Under the pieces are notes generated by a model, which was not told the origin of the DNA, searched no databases, and worked only from the letters and a program-made list of their open reading frames with translations. A DNA stretch of 64,000 bases from Zancudomyces culisetae HAW-14-8. Taxonomy: Eukaryota > Fungi > Kickxellomycota. The DNA is taken from contig JBNJNM010000008.1 in the NCBI GenBank assembly GCA_052426225.1, positions 1,488,001 to 1,552,000 of the forward strand, in the 5' to 3' direction. Shown in pieces: positions 22,464 to 33,793 of this stretch; positions within the stretch are counted from its first letter, which is position 1; each line of letters begins with the position of its first letter. Position numbers and translations under genes: made by a program.

Positions 22464-23648
22464 ATGAAAAAAGAGCAAAATGACGAAGAAAATACATGGA
22501 AAAGTGAAAAAAAGGCATTAAATAATGTCCGAGGAAGAGAGGGACTAAAAAGACACCACAGTGAGAACGACGGAGACGTGGAGGCAGCAAAGCGGCTGCG
22601 GATAACAAACCTGCTAAATCCACAAGAGGAGAATGGGGGTAGCAGGAGGGGGGGAAGGAGGGAGGAGGGACAAGAAGAAGAAAAAAAACTAGAATATTTG
22701 TATGATGTAGGATGCGCGATAATTCAGAACATATGGCCAAACCACTCAATATCACAAAAAACACAGCTATGTACCCTGAAAAGGTTCATAGCAGAAACAC
22801 ACCGTCAATCGAGATTGAGCAGCACAATAGTGGAGATGGGATATATGTACCTGCTCCGAGCCAAAAATGCCATCAAGGAACGACAGAAAAGAGAGCTTAT
22901 ACAAAGCGAAATTTACAATTTGCAGGAACGGGAGCAAATAAACAACCCGGTGAGGCAACGGGCTACAGATATATACAGTAGCTCAAGCTCAACGCCAATA
23001 TACAGTCCAATTACGCCAGAACAGGGTGTTGGATATACGATCAAGGAGAACTCTGGGCTAGATCTTGGAATTCACACCTTGGTAACCGAAAACATAATAG
23101 CCGATTCCTTGCCAAACGACGTCAAAGGTTTTAAGCTTGAAAACATTTTGCTGCCGGCCCAGCCCTCTGTTTCCCGACAAAAGGCAGACGTCACTAAATG
23201 CGGCCGTAGAATGTTTGTAGCCGCTCTGATCTGTGCGTCTAAGTTTGTTATGGACAGAACGTATTCCAACAAGGCTTGGAGCAAAGTCACTGGTCTTGAC
23301 ACTGCCCAAATCAATCTAATGGAATTCGAATTTTTAAAACTGCTCAACTACAAGCTGTATGTAAGCGATACTTCATTCAATCATTGGAAAACCCTTCTCA
23401 ATTATTGCCGACAGAACAACAACCTTTTTAAATGTCACAAAATCTCCAGCCCCTCAAACTCCTTCACTCGCTCGTTTTCTACCCCGGATTATAAATTTGC
23501 TGCTCCAAGCTTGATTCCTGACGCCTCCAAAAAACCTTTAAATATAATCACCAATACCAATCTTACCGACATTACCACCACAAACACCAACTCTGCCAAT
23601 TATTCCATCATCGCCTTCGCCAGCAGCGATCGTAAAATTCACTGCTGA
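22464..23648 (+). CDS. Pho85-type (Pcl/Pho80 family) cyclin, Pcl5-like
   Basis: Cyclin box pieces FIAETHRQSRLS...YMYLLR and CGRRMFVAALICASKFVMDRTYSNKAWSKVTGL...NLMEFEFLKLLNYKLYV. Confidence 0.9.
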   Translation: MKKEQNDEENTWKSEKKALNNVRGREGLKRHHSENDGDVEAAKRLRITNLLNPQEENGGSRRGGRREEGQEEEKKLEYLYDVGCAIIQNIWPNHSISQKTQLCTLKRFIAETHRQSRLSSTIVEMGYMYLLRAKNAIKERQKRELIQSEIYNLQEREQINNPVRQRATDIYSSSSSTPIYSPITPEQGVGYTIKENSGLDLGIHTLVTENIIADSLPNDVKGFKLENILLPAQPSVSRQKADVTKCGRRMFVAALICASKFVMDRTYSNKAWSKVTGLDTAQINLMEFEFLKLLNYKLYVSDTSFNHWKTLLNYCRQNNNLFKCHKISSPSNSFTRSFSTPDYKFAAPSLIPDASKKPLNIITNTNLTDITTTNTNSANYSIIAFASSDRKIHC

Positions 23649-23730
23649 TTTTTTTAATATATACTATTTACCACTTTTATTTTCTTTTACTAAAATAAAT
23701 ACTATTAAACATTTCACCCTTTTTTTTTTG

Positions 23731-24753
23731 CTATTTTTTATATAGCCTACATATTAAACCCTCAAGCTGTAATAAAGTCTGAACTCCTTCGACTATCTTC
23801 AAATGCGTTAGTCCAATTTCCCGGATGTACTCCAGCTTTTCTCCATCTGTAAACACCACTCCCTTGCTATTGTTCGCCTCGATGTTTTTAATCACCCTGA
23901 AAAATGTCGTAATGATATCAAGTGCTGAATATCCACTGTTCCAAAGCCCCCTTACCAGTTCAATAGACTGTGTCAGGTTTTCTTTCTTTTTCAAGTTGAA
24001 AAATATATTCTGCACTACTGTAGGACTTGGAGTATCACACACTTTAAACACAAGCTCCGAAGTTATTAGGTCACCTGGCTCTGAGAGCATTGTGGCAGTT
24101 GCTTGCAAGTTGTTTATGGCCTGACGCATATCCCCGTCTGCTGTAAATATAATAGCATTCAATCCCTCAGGGCTGTACTTGACGTTTTCGGCTCTGCAGA
24201 TCTCAATGCATTTAGTAAGCACCAGCTCATCGCTTAGCTTATTAAACCTCAATATCGTGCATCTACTCTGTATAGGCTCAATAATCTTTGAGGAATTATT
24301 GCAAGCCAACGCAAAACGGGTACTATGTGAGTAGATTTCCATTATTCTCCGCAACGCTTGCTGAGCACCCACAGTCATACTATCTGCCTCGTCCAAAATA
24401 ATGATTTTCTTTAAACCACTATGACTATCTCCACCTCCCAATTGTTGCTGTGCAAATAGCTTGATTTTGTTTCTCACCACATCTATACCCCGATCGTCAC
24501 TAGCATTTAGTTCTAAAATCGAATTCTTCGATGCATTTCCTAGTATTTCCGTCGCTAGACACACTATCGAGGTCGTTTTACCTATTCCTGGCGATCCTGT
24601 TAGTATCAGATTGGGCATATTGCCACTGCGTGACATCTCGGATAGCCGTTGGAGCGTTTCCGGATTGCCCGCTATTTCGCTTATTCGTTTTGGCCTGTAC
24701 TTTTCTACCCATGGTAGGTTAATGGGTTGTTTTTTTGTGCCTTCAAAGTTCAT
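23731..24753 (-). CDS. RFC4: Replication factor C small subunit (yeast Rfc4 / human RFC2 type)
   Basis: PWVEKYRP, GSPGIGKTT, LELNASDDRGIDVVRNKIK, DEADSMTVGAQQALRR, SKIIEPIQSRC and GDMRQAINNLQ. Confidence 0.93.
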   Translation of the reverse strand: MNFEGTKKQPINLPWVEKYRPKRISEIAGNPETLQRLSEMSRSGNMPNLILTGSPGIGKTTSIVCLATEILGNASKNSILELNASDDRGIDVVRNKIKLFAQQQLGGGDSHSGLKKIIILDEADSMTVGAQQALRRIMEIYSHSTRFALACNNSSKIIEPIQSRCTILRFNKLSDELVLTKCIEICRAENVKYSPEGLNAIIFTADGDMRQAINNLQATATMLSEPGDLITSELVFKVCDTPSPTVVQNIFFNLKKKENLTQSIELVRGLWNSGYSALDIITTFFRVIKNIEANNSKGVVFTDGEKLEYIREIGLTHLKIVEGVQTLLQLEGLICRLYKK

Positions 24754-25261
24754 TTTCTATATTTTTTTTCCCCTTATATACTATATGTTAATATTAGAAG
24801 CCAAAGTTGTTGATTTCTCAAAACTTATTTGATCAGAAAAGTCTTGTCAGCAAGCTAGTGCTACCTTTGTTTTTTTTGTTTTTGTTTTCGCTTTTGCCTT
24901 TCATTTTTTGACCAACGTCTAGTCAAATTAACAAATCTCGGGTACATTTCGACCATTTTGTAAATACCAAGTACGAATAACATGCAGAAATAGAAAAGCT
25001 TTTATCCCATTTTGCTTTGCTTTACTTTGCAATGTTTATTTTATTTTCTTTGCCAGATATTTGTTGCTTCTTACTAACCTGTATCCCCCATATTAACGGA
25101 AAAAAGAAAATAGTAAAAAAACCCGATTTATCATCACAATTGATGCACAGTCAAAGCACAATATTTATCTTTTATTCAGAAACTCACACCTACCCCCCCC
25201 CCCCCTCCCCAAGAATCTAAAAACTAACACCAAAAACAGTAACTATCATCGCCAAGGTATA

Positions 25262-26560
25262 CTATTTGAAATTGGGAGTCCAGTTTCCTAAAGACTGGTT
25301 GGAATAGTAATCCATAGGATAAATGCTCTGCCATTCAATAGACTTGAGCACCACCGCTGCCTCATAGCTATTGAGCAGCGGCTTGCTAAACGCGTAACCC
25401 CAGTCAATCGATAGCCGTGGGCACGCCACCTGGACCCAGAAATCTACAACATCATCAAACTCTTTTAGTTTTTGTACCGTGATTTCACTAGTAAGCACCA
25501 CCACGTAATTTATTCCGCGTGCTTTGGCCTTGTTGATTAGTTCTTCCATGACTTTATTGCTTCCCTGTCGACCTAACGTGCCTAAAATCAGCCCTACAGT
25601 TTTTACATTTTGTTTGCACTGCTCAATTGCTTGCAGTCGCATTTTATGCATTTCCTCGTGATCATAGGCCTCAATAGTCATCTTTTTCTTGTACGGGTCA
25701 TATCCATAGACATGCTTGATTTCAGGATTATGAATAAGTATGGACTCCAGATGGAACCTACCGTCTCCCAAAAAGACTACGTGATCCACATCACCCTTTT
25801 TTAGTCTTGGAGAAGTGCATCCAAGAATTTCACCAGGTGAAAGTGGCTTCACCTGTGGTATGATGATTTCGTACTCATCTTTTAGCTTCTCCTTGGCCAG
25901 GTGTAGTGTAGAAATAAACTGAACAACCCCAACGAATCCCAACTTTACTTTGTCCTCCTTTGGGAAATTTACTCGAATGGTTTCGACAAAATGGTCCAAA
26001 TCTATTCCAATTTCTACAAATACATACAATGTCTTCACTTTTGTCTGGCTTATTGGTATAAGGCAACTGTGTCCATAGTGGATCATAAAATCACAACCCA
26101 TAGCGATCGCAGAATAATCATCAATACAACACGCCCCATATGTTACATTTCCCATTATTACTGTTTCAACCTCTGCATACTTTTCCAAAATATCACTGAT
26201 TACTACTGAGTACAATAGTAATCCCTCGGGAAACTGCAAGGCCACTCGCTTGCTATTGTTTTTGCGGAGCTGCCAAACACTCTTGTGAATTTCAAAGTTG
26301 TAATTCTTTGGCAAAATCGCAATTGCTTCATTTAATCCTTTATCTTCCATTATTTCTTGTGGTATTAAATTCATTACCCGTCTTGAAGAAGATCCAGATT
26401 TCTTTCCAGCATCCTCTATCGCAATTAATTCGTTTTGCCCAGAAGATCCGCCAGAATCTTTTTTTGTGCCTCCGTTACCTTGTACATTTTTCCTAGCTTT
26501 TCCGATAAATCGGCGTGGCTTCTTTTCCTGAACACTATCCTTTTGGGATTCCGGCTCCAT
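25262..26560 (-). CDS. DPH1: Diphthamide biosynthesis protein 1
   Basis: [64 protein letters not shown] and YPMDYY. Confidence 0.96.
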   Translation of the reverse strand: MEPESQKDSVQEKKPRRFIGKARKNVQGNGGTKKDSGGSSGQNELIAIEDAGKKSGSSSRRVMNLIPQEIMEDKGLNEAIAILPKNYNFEIHKSVWQLRKNNSKRVALQFPEGLLLYSVVISDILEKYAEVETVIMGNVTYGACCIDDYSAIAMGCDFMIHYGHSCLIPISQTKVKTLYVFVEIGIDLDHFVETIRVNFPKEDKVKLGFVGVVQFISTLHLAKEKLKDEYEIIIPQVKPLSPGEILGCTSPRLKKGDVDHVVFLGDGRFHLESILIHNPEIKHVYGYDPYKKKMTIEAYDHEEMHKMRLQAIEQCKQNVKTVGLILGTLGRQGSNKVMEELINKAKARGINYVVVLTSEITVQKLKEFDDVVDFWVQVACPRLSIDWGYAFSKPLLNSYEAAVVLKSIEWQSIYPMDYYSNQSLGNWTPNFK

Positions 26561-27170
26561 GATCGAAAATGAGTTTTGTTATTATTTAATGGACCCAAAT
26601 GCCTTTGCTCGTTTCGACTTTGTTTTGATCATTTATGCTTAAAAATTTTTTTTTAGGCGTTTTTTTTTTTGCTCATAAATTCAATAGCAAATAGCACTAA
26701 TATTAAGGCGAGTACGACTAGAACAATTGGTCAATTGAAATTAGAGAAATGTAAGAAGCAAGTCAAGGCAAAAGAAAAAGTAGTTGGCACAGATATTATT
26801 GCGCTGGAATTTAAAGCTCAAACACCACACCACATCACACCAAAAACAAAAACGAACCAATTTTAATGGTCATTTGCCAAAATATTTGGGAAATCTTCAA
26901 TGTTCCTGCCAGTTTGCTACACTTTACAATATTTTTGGGCTGAAAGCACTACCTCGAACTTTCAAAAAGGAAAAGAGGTGTTGACAAAAACAAGTTTAGA
27001 AGCATTGGTCAGTTTTTGCTTTTTCAGCACTCATTTTCAAAAGTAAACTTTTGTATCATTATTTGGCGAATATTATATCCTCAGCTACAAATCTCCAAAC
27101 TATAATTAACCCTAGCGAGACATTCCTGGGCTATAGCTTGACTCGAACTGGTGCGGTAAATACTAGAACA

Positions 27171-29352
27171 ATGTCTCTTTCCGAACTCATTTCGATAAAA
27201 TTGGGTCCAAAATGGAAAATCTCAGACGAAATACTACAACTTCTTGTAGATTCAGAATCCTTTACAAGTAATACTCATACACGCATAAACGATCCTTGAG
27301 AATTGCAAATAAATCACAACCTAATACTCACATGCCGAGCATGGATATCTGGTTAGCATTAACATCATTTATTGAATACGTATAGGTGGTACTAGAGAAA
27401 AAATATTGTCAAATGCATTATATTCGGCCTCAAGGGATGGGAAATACTTTGCTATAGCTTACAAGGCACGGTATTTGATATTAAACCGACCCATGAGTTA
27501 TACAAGTGTTGATGAAGTATTACAAATGAAGCTAGTTTCGATTAGTTTGGACAGTAACAGGTAATTGTCTACTACATGGAATTTCTGCTCGTTTTAGAAA
27601 AACAACAAAATTCATACTTGTAACTAGATCCAGATATATACTATATTCATCTCGAGTTTTCGTTGTATCATTAGGGACACTATTACTTCTATAGCGTGTA
27701 TGGATATGTTTAACAACTCTAGCTCCAGAAACAGGTAATATGCTCAGCTTATGCTCGCTGCAGCCAATCAGTACTTGTTGCATACGTTATTGATATTGCT
27801 ACAGCAAACTCAAATTCAAGTTAGCGATGCTTTTTACCAAATTACTATCAATAGGGATCTGGATCAGTTGATCGTAATCGTGGGTCACTCTAGTGGGAAG
27901 CTGGCTATATACTCAAAGGTATTTTACACACTAGTACTTACCAACACAGAAAATAAACATTAAAAATAAAATTGCTTTTATATACATATAGGAGGGACAA
28001 CTACTAATGAAACAGTATCTTCATACCAGTGAAATTACAAGAATTCAGGTCTATATCCCATATATTGACCCCCAAAAATTAGCAAACGGTATTTGCTATA
28101 GTGAGACGGAGGAGCATCACCGAGACGAAATATTTAAACAAGCAACATCCGAAATTATAATAAGTTTTAGCGATGGGCATTTGGCGTGTATAGATGCCCA
28201 GAGCTTGTGGCTATCACTACAATTATGTATGAAAAACATAGCTGTACATTCACCTCAGGGTAACAACTTTTTTTTAATTTTTTTTTTACTCTTCTATGTA
28301 TACCGCCTATATAGCGCAACCATGTCATCTAACTTTGTTTTTGGTCTGTTTACCAACATTTTTATTAATCAACTAGGCGATTCAGAGCTAGATTCGTTTT
28401 TTTCGTATAAAAAAGTGCACTTTGGATTGCCGTCGTTTCGAGATGCTGTCAGTTTAGGTACCCTATCAATAACCTACTTTTTATTTGCTATAATTTCCAG
28501 ATTTACACTCTACTTCCTCATAAATTTCAATATATGAGTTACTCTCCATTGGCTGAATGAATGTGATATTGAATATTAGGTCCACAGGAACCAACTGATA
28601 TGTTTTCATCACTAAAAACCCAAAAGGATGCAAAAAAAATAACAGCCAGGTTTCTGGTGGCGCCACCAAGGAGTATGCTACAAGTACACATGACAGAGGA
28701 GCAAATGCAAAAATCCTTTTCAGCGGTGCATTTAGCCAACCGAGTAGCTTCCCGCGTTGGAGGAGCTGTTTTCAACATAGCAAAAAGTTATTTCTTTTCC
28801 AAAAACGCGAGCCATTCTCCAAAGGCTGAAACCACAACGCAGACACGTTCGACCTCATTTATAACCCAATCCGAAACTCCTGTTACTAAAGTCCCACCTG
28901 TAATATCTCTCAGGGACAATGCTAGATACATTAATAAAATTATACCGTCACCGCCTCAGTACCACTTATCTGCCTTGGCTGATACTCTGGGGCGGATTTT
29001 GATCTTCGATACCGAGTATTATGAGATTGTTAGTATGTACAAAGGGTTTAGAGGCGGCCAATGCGAATGGTTAGAGGCATCTAACGTCTTATTTATTGCT
29101 ATGTACGCCAGTAGACTCGGTTTGTTGCAGATAAACTCTGTTGTTGACCCGCTTAATACGCTAGCCACATTTTCTGTGGGTAAAAACTGCAATCTCATTC
29201 ACTGTTTTTCGTACTCTCTTGGGGACTCGCTACTTATTGACAATGGTGCCACTATCCATCCTGTGGGGGTCTCTAGACCCGCTTCGTGTTATATCGTGGA
29301 TGCTAGTGGTTTTATTTCTCAAATTTCTATAACCAAAAATACCAATGTTTGA
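27171..29352 (+). CDS. RAB3GAP2: Rab3-GAP non-catalytic subunit N-terminal domain protein (505 aa); exons 27171-27267, 27386-27560, 27675-27734, 27855-27918, 27992-28259, 28377-28457, 28580-29352
   Basis: Six GT-AG introns give a 1518-nt open frame. Motifs SRDGKYFAIAY, IVGHSSG, LRDNAR...DTLGRILIFD...MYKGFRGGQCEW and YASRLGLLQI match RAB3GAP2_N. Confidence 0.82.
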
Positions 29353-30103
29353 TAGACACCTGTACATATAATTATTTGTTTAGTTTTCATACTTAAAAAT
29401 GTAAATAAAACAAGACAGAAGCATAGTAAGATTTGCCAAAGCTGTGGTGAGATCACAGCTAGGCATAAAAAGGCTGGGCATGAGCTAAAACGCAAACCTA
29501 TTCGCTAAGTTTTGCCAATCCAGGTTATGGGAAGAGAAACATTATTTAATCCTAGTATATGTACTAAACTTTAATTACGAGATATGGCAAGCAAACATGC
29601 ACTTTGTCAACCTTTGCAATATTGATGCTGTGATATTCTGAATGACCTGCCGGATTTTGTATATTTCAATAAATCTCAGTATTTTTGAAACTATATTCAA
29701 TTGCTTTATGTTTTACGCCCAAAGAAGCGAATAACATAGCTTAATATGATCATCAACAATTAAACATATTAATTGAGAAAAATACTGATTTTATAATGAT
29801 AGTTTATTTGAGATACAAAAAAGCCATTAACAGTAAAAGCTCTACGCTAACAACTTGAACATTCTCTCTAACCATGTTTTTACCAATTATTTACCACTTT
29901 CAGCTAGGACCTATGTATTATATATTGCCGGCTGGCTAGCTTCCGCCAAAGATGTTTATTTTTGAGAGAAAAAAATGTGAGTAAGCATGAGGGGTTGAAA
30001 CAAGTAATACATTTGTGCATATATGTTTTTTTTATTTTATTTTTATTTTTTTGAAAAAACCCGATACTATGGCGATATCAGACTGACGTGATCAATAAAA
30101 CCA

Positions 30104-31167
30104 TTACTCCACCTGTTGTTTCTGTTTCTGAATATTCCTCTCTCTAAACGCCTTCTTCATCAAAAAATAGTCTTTATGTAGCCCGCATTCACTTTTCTCC
30201 GAGCCTTTCCATCGACCACTGCGCTCATCCTCAAGGTCGCCAACAGGCTGTGTCGAATGATAGTCACCGATGCTTTTGTAACCATTATCCAGCAGCTTAT
30301 TATAGGGTACCTGGTATGCCTTCAAGTAGCTCTTTATCTTCACAAATGTCCATCCATCGGCACCATCACTACTACCAGCATTTGGCAATGTTAGCTCTGC
30401 GGGTTGGACAGATGTGGATACTTTCGTTGCCAATGGATTCAATTTCACGACATATCTAACCGAGTCAACATCTGTATTTGCATTCGCATTCGCATTCTGC
30501 TCATTCTCATTACCTATCCTTATGTTTTCCACCTCCTTGATTTCAATTATATTCAAGCTTTTTCGCTCGCCTCCTTGGCTTCTTCTGCGCCCAGTAATCA
30601 CGCAGTCCGGGTTCAGTTCGTTGTAAGCCCTGATTGCCGGCTCAACTTTGACCAAGTAGTCATAGCTATCTGGATCATTTACCCAAAGTTCCTTCCCGTA
30701 CAGCTGCTCAAATTCTTGTCTAGTATTGGCACCCTTAGGCCTATATTCATGTAGTTCTACAGCATATTTATTTTTTAAATCTCTAGAAACCTGCAGTGTC
30801 TCGTCAAAGTGATGCAAGGTGTCTATAAAGATTATCGGAACTTTAGCATTGAGTCCATATAGCATGTCGGTTATTACGTTTCCTATTTTATTCATCATGT
30901 TCTAGCGTTTTGTTTAGGTATAAAATTACAGATACTAATGATATGGATAATATAATATGAGGTGGATGTTATATAAAAGTTGTTACCTGAAGGGCCAAAG
31001 GCTGTTTCCTGGTATACTGTTTTAAATGTCTTTGTTGCCCATTTTAGTATCTCCTCTGCACTGCGCCGTTCTAAAGTTTGATTCAGTTCTTTTAGCCTGT
31101 CCTCAGTTATGATCACCTTACTACAATCGCTTGAGAGTATTTTTATGTTTTCATCGAGTTCAACCAT
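30104..31167 (-). CDS. MET16: PAPS reductase; exons 31167-30987 and 30882-30104
   Basis: A 104-nt intron joins TAFGPSG|NVITDML. Also FIDTLHHFDET, YDYLVKVEP, TGRRRSQGGER, GYKSIGDYHST, ERSGRW and ECGLH. No Fe-S Cys motif, so PAPS-type rather than APS-type. Confidence 0.95.
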
Positions 31168-31452
31168 TTCTGCTAGTACGTTTGTTTTAGTCTTTGTGTT
31201 TGTTTTAGTCTTTATTTTACTGTTTCTCTTGTTTTTTTCTTGTTATTAGCACTTCCTTTGCTCCCTTTTTTTTTTAGCTAGTTGGTTACAGATAGATATA
31301 TAATTTAATGGTTTTAATAAAGTAGATTATCGGTTCCACTTTACTATGAGTTTTGAATGGGTTCGATAGTAAAAAAAATGTCCACAAAGGTATGATGTCC
31401 CATATATAAAGCGAAAAAATGTGTAGGTCTGTTTTTGATGCGTTGAGTTTTG

Positions 31453-31475
31453 TTTTATATATTTATATCACGTGA
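31453..31475 (-). promoter_or_regulatory. TATA-like box plus adjacent palindromic E-box TCACGTGA (Cbf1-type) about 300 nt upstream of MET16
   Basis: ATCACGTGA at 31467-31475 matches RTCACRTG; TATATAAAA lies on the minus strand just downstream. Function inferred from yeast MET promoters. Confidence 0.5.
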
Positions 31476-33793
31476 AAAAATGCGATTAATCTGTTTACAC
31501 TATTTTTTATTAATTTTCTAGAGAGTTGGGGGTACCATGCACACATATTCATAAAAAACTTCTATTTTCCGATGAATACTGATATCGTTGCTTTTACAAA
31601 AGATGACTAATTCAATTCAGTTTAGCTTGGTACCTTTATTCTGTAGTCCCATATAATTGCGTGTATACTTGTGGAATGTGGGTTTAATCAAAGTTTGCAG
31701 AATTTGTTGGTTTACGATTTATGGTTGGCTATTTTTCACCTGAAAAAGTTCTGCTAGATTCGTATGTAGAGAATAATATTCGCATATAAAAATCCAATCC
31801 TGTTGACTAGCAAAGGCTATTTGCCACAGATTGCACAAAAATTGCACTTATTTCGTAAAAGCGCACACCTAATCATCGTCTGCAATCGAAACAACCCTCA
31901 AATCCAAGAGGAAAGTTGTACTTGCATTGTGACCTTTGTTTCGAAACAGTAAACGACTTGAAATCTTTTTTTTTAATACGTTCTTTCGCTTTGTATACAC
32001 ATCAGTGCGTCCACACATGTGCTATATATGTGTCCTTATAAACTACCACACATAAACTAATGATACAAAGTAACACTGCTTGGAGTACCTACCTGTTTAC
32101 CTATTCTGTTTTGTAACTGTATCAAGTTAAATCTACTATAAGCCGAGTGCTGAGTTTTACTTTTTTACTTTAATGCTTGTAGGGAGTTGTTATTAGTATT
32201 AAAGTCTACTGGTATGATTCGGCATTTCAAAGGCATTAATGGATAGTTTAATACAGGGTAAATATAAGAATTGTTCATAGTGGACAAATACCAATATTTC
32301 TGAAACCAAAACAAAAGGAGGAATCACTAATTTGCAATGGTTCAGAATGGGTGTGTTTTACAGCACAAATAAAGTTTTCGCTAATATTATGACAGAATAG
32401 CGCAATTAGGAGCAAAAGCTTGCTGATAGTTGATCTGATTTGTAAAACAAAAAGATATGGTATGGGTACATCTCTGTGGGGAGTTTTTTTTTCTCGATTA
32501 GACAGGCTGGTAGTTCAATTTGATAGATAGCGTTTGTATGTAATAACGAGAGCTGGAGAAAAATAACATCATTATCTCTTTGAAAATCAAAGGTGTATTG
32601 GGTAGGATCTCCTGCAGTTGTAATTAAAGTGGAAGTAGGGCATGGATAAGCATGGTAGCATTAAACTACAATTTATGATGACAATTTGTGAGTCTCGAGG
32701 TATCAAACCAGCTTATTCACACACCATGTTCTCTACAAACATCAAAGGAATTTTTAAAGCCAAATAATTGTGATTGCTGGGTTATTTTAAATTTGTTCTA
32801 GCTATTTGCGCAAAAGCCGTTGTTTCTATAGGTTACAAATGGTACAAGAATAACGCCAAATTTCGGAATAATTCTAATTAAATTGATTTTCTGAAAAAAT
32901 GAACAGAACCCCGCAAAAGTACAGGTTTCAACAATAATACAAGTAACAAGGATAACGTTCCCAGCACAACCAAATCCGTCAAAAAAAAAAAGAAACGAGG
33001 AAAATGTCAATGAAATACGCCAGAGCCAGCCCTTGTTACTCTATTTTTCATACTCAAAGTGCAAGTTTTTAGCTAATATTTCGGCCATGTTGGAATGGAC
33101 AGAGTTTTTTTTTTGTTAGCATCTCACACAGCTGTACCAGTCGTGTAGCAATCAATAGGACATGTACTGCTTACTAATGGCAACCGCTTTGATGTATCTT
33201 TCCAACTCGACCAAGTCATTGAAAAAGCAATGGCAAAAATGATGTAATATTATCTAGATATTGATAATTTCCCTTCCTATCCTACCACCTCACCGAAATG
33301 ACACAAAGCCAAACAATTTATTGTGTGTATAGGAGGATGGAGGGGAGGGGTGGGATATGTCGAGATAGTAGTGCCCAGTTGTTATTTTTCGATCCATTAA
33401 CATGCTTTTACCTTATTTCACAAGCATTCAAGACCCTCAGAATACTACTAGTTTTCAGCATCAAAACTAGTTACCAACTACCCAACTACCCAACTACCCA
33501 GCTAAACACCAACAACACGTTTTTATAGCCTTGAAACGGCCCAAAAAACGAGATATAGTGATAATTAGCTTGGGGAAACAATATTTCTCCCAGAATCAAC
33601 CAGGTTTGATAAACCAAATGATTCAGACATAAAAATTAGTCTGAAATTTGTTTCTTAAAAAGTGATTGTCTGCGAGCGTTATAAATAAGTACAAACGCGG
33701 CAATTATACGTTCTTTATCTTCCAAATATAATTGTATTAAAGCAAAAGCAATTAAAATAAAAAAATCAACTATACCAGCAAAAGACAGAGAAC

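Noticed and set aside
22156-22764. 202-aa hydrophobic minus-strand ORF resembling a membrane protein, and similar shadow ORFs opposite the long genes
   Set aside because: Antisense reflections of A-rich leaders or K/E-rich coding sequence (Phe/Leu/Ser-rich) with no family motifs.
27297-27299. In-frame TGA after the first RAB3GAP2 ORF as possible selenocysteine or readthrough codon (some early-diverging fungi use Sec)
   Set aside because: It lies inside a canonical 118-nt intron (27268-27385) whose removal gives a correct frame; no redox motif or SECIS was seen.
27268-28579. Similar-length RAB3GAP2 introns as introner elements
   Set aside because: No sequence similarity among the introns I compared by eye, and introns in MET16 (104 nt) and kinesin-5 (113 nt) are of similar length.
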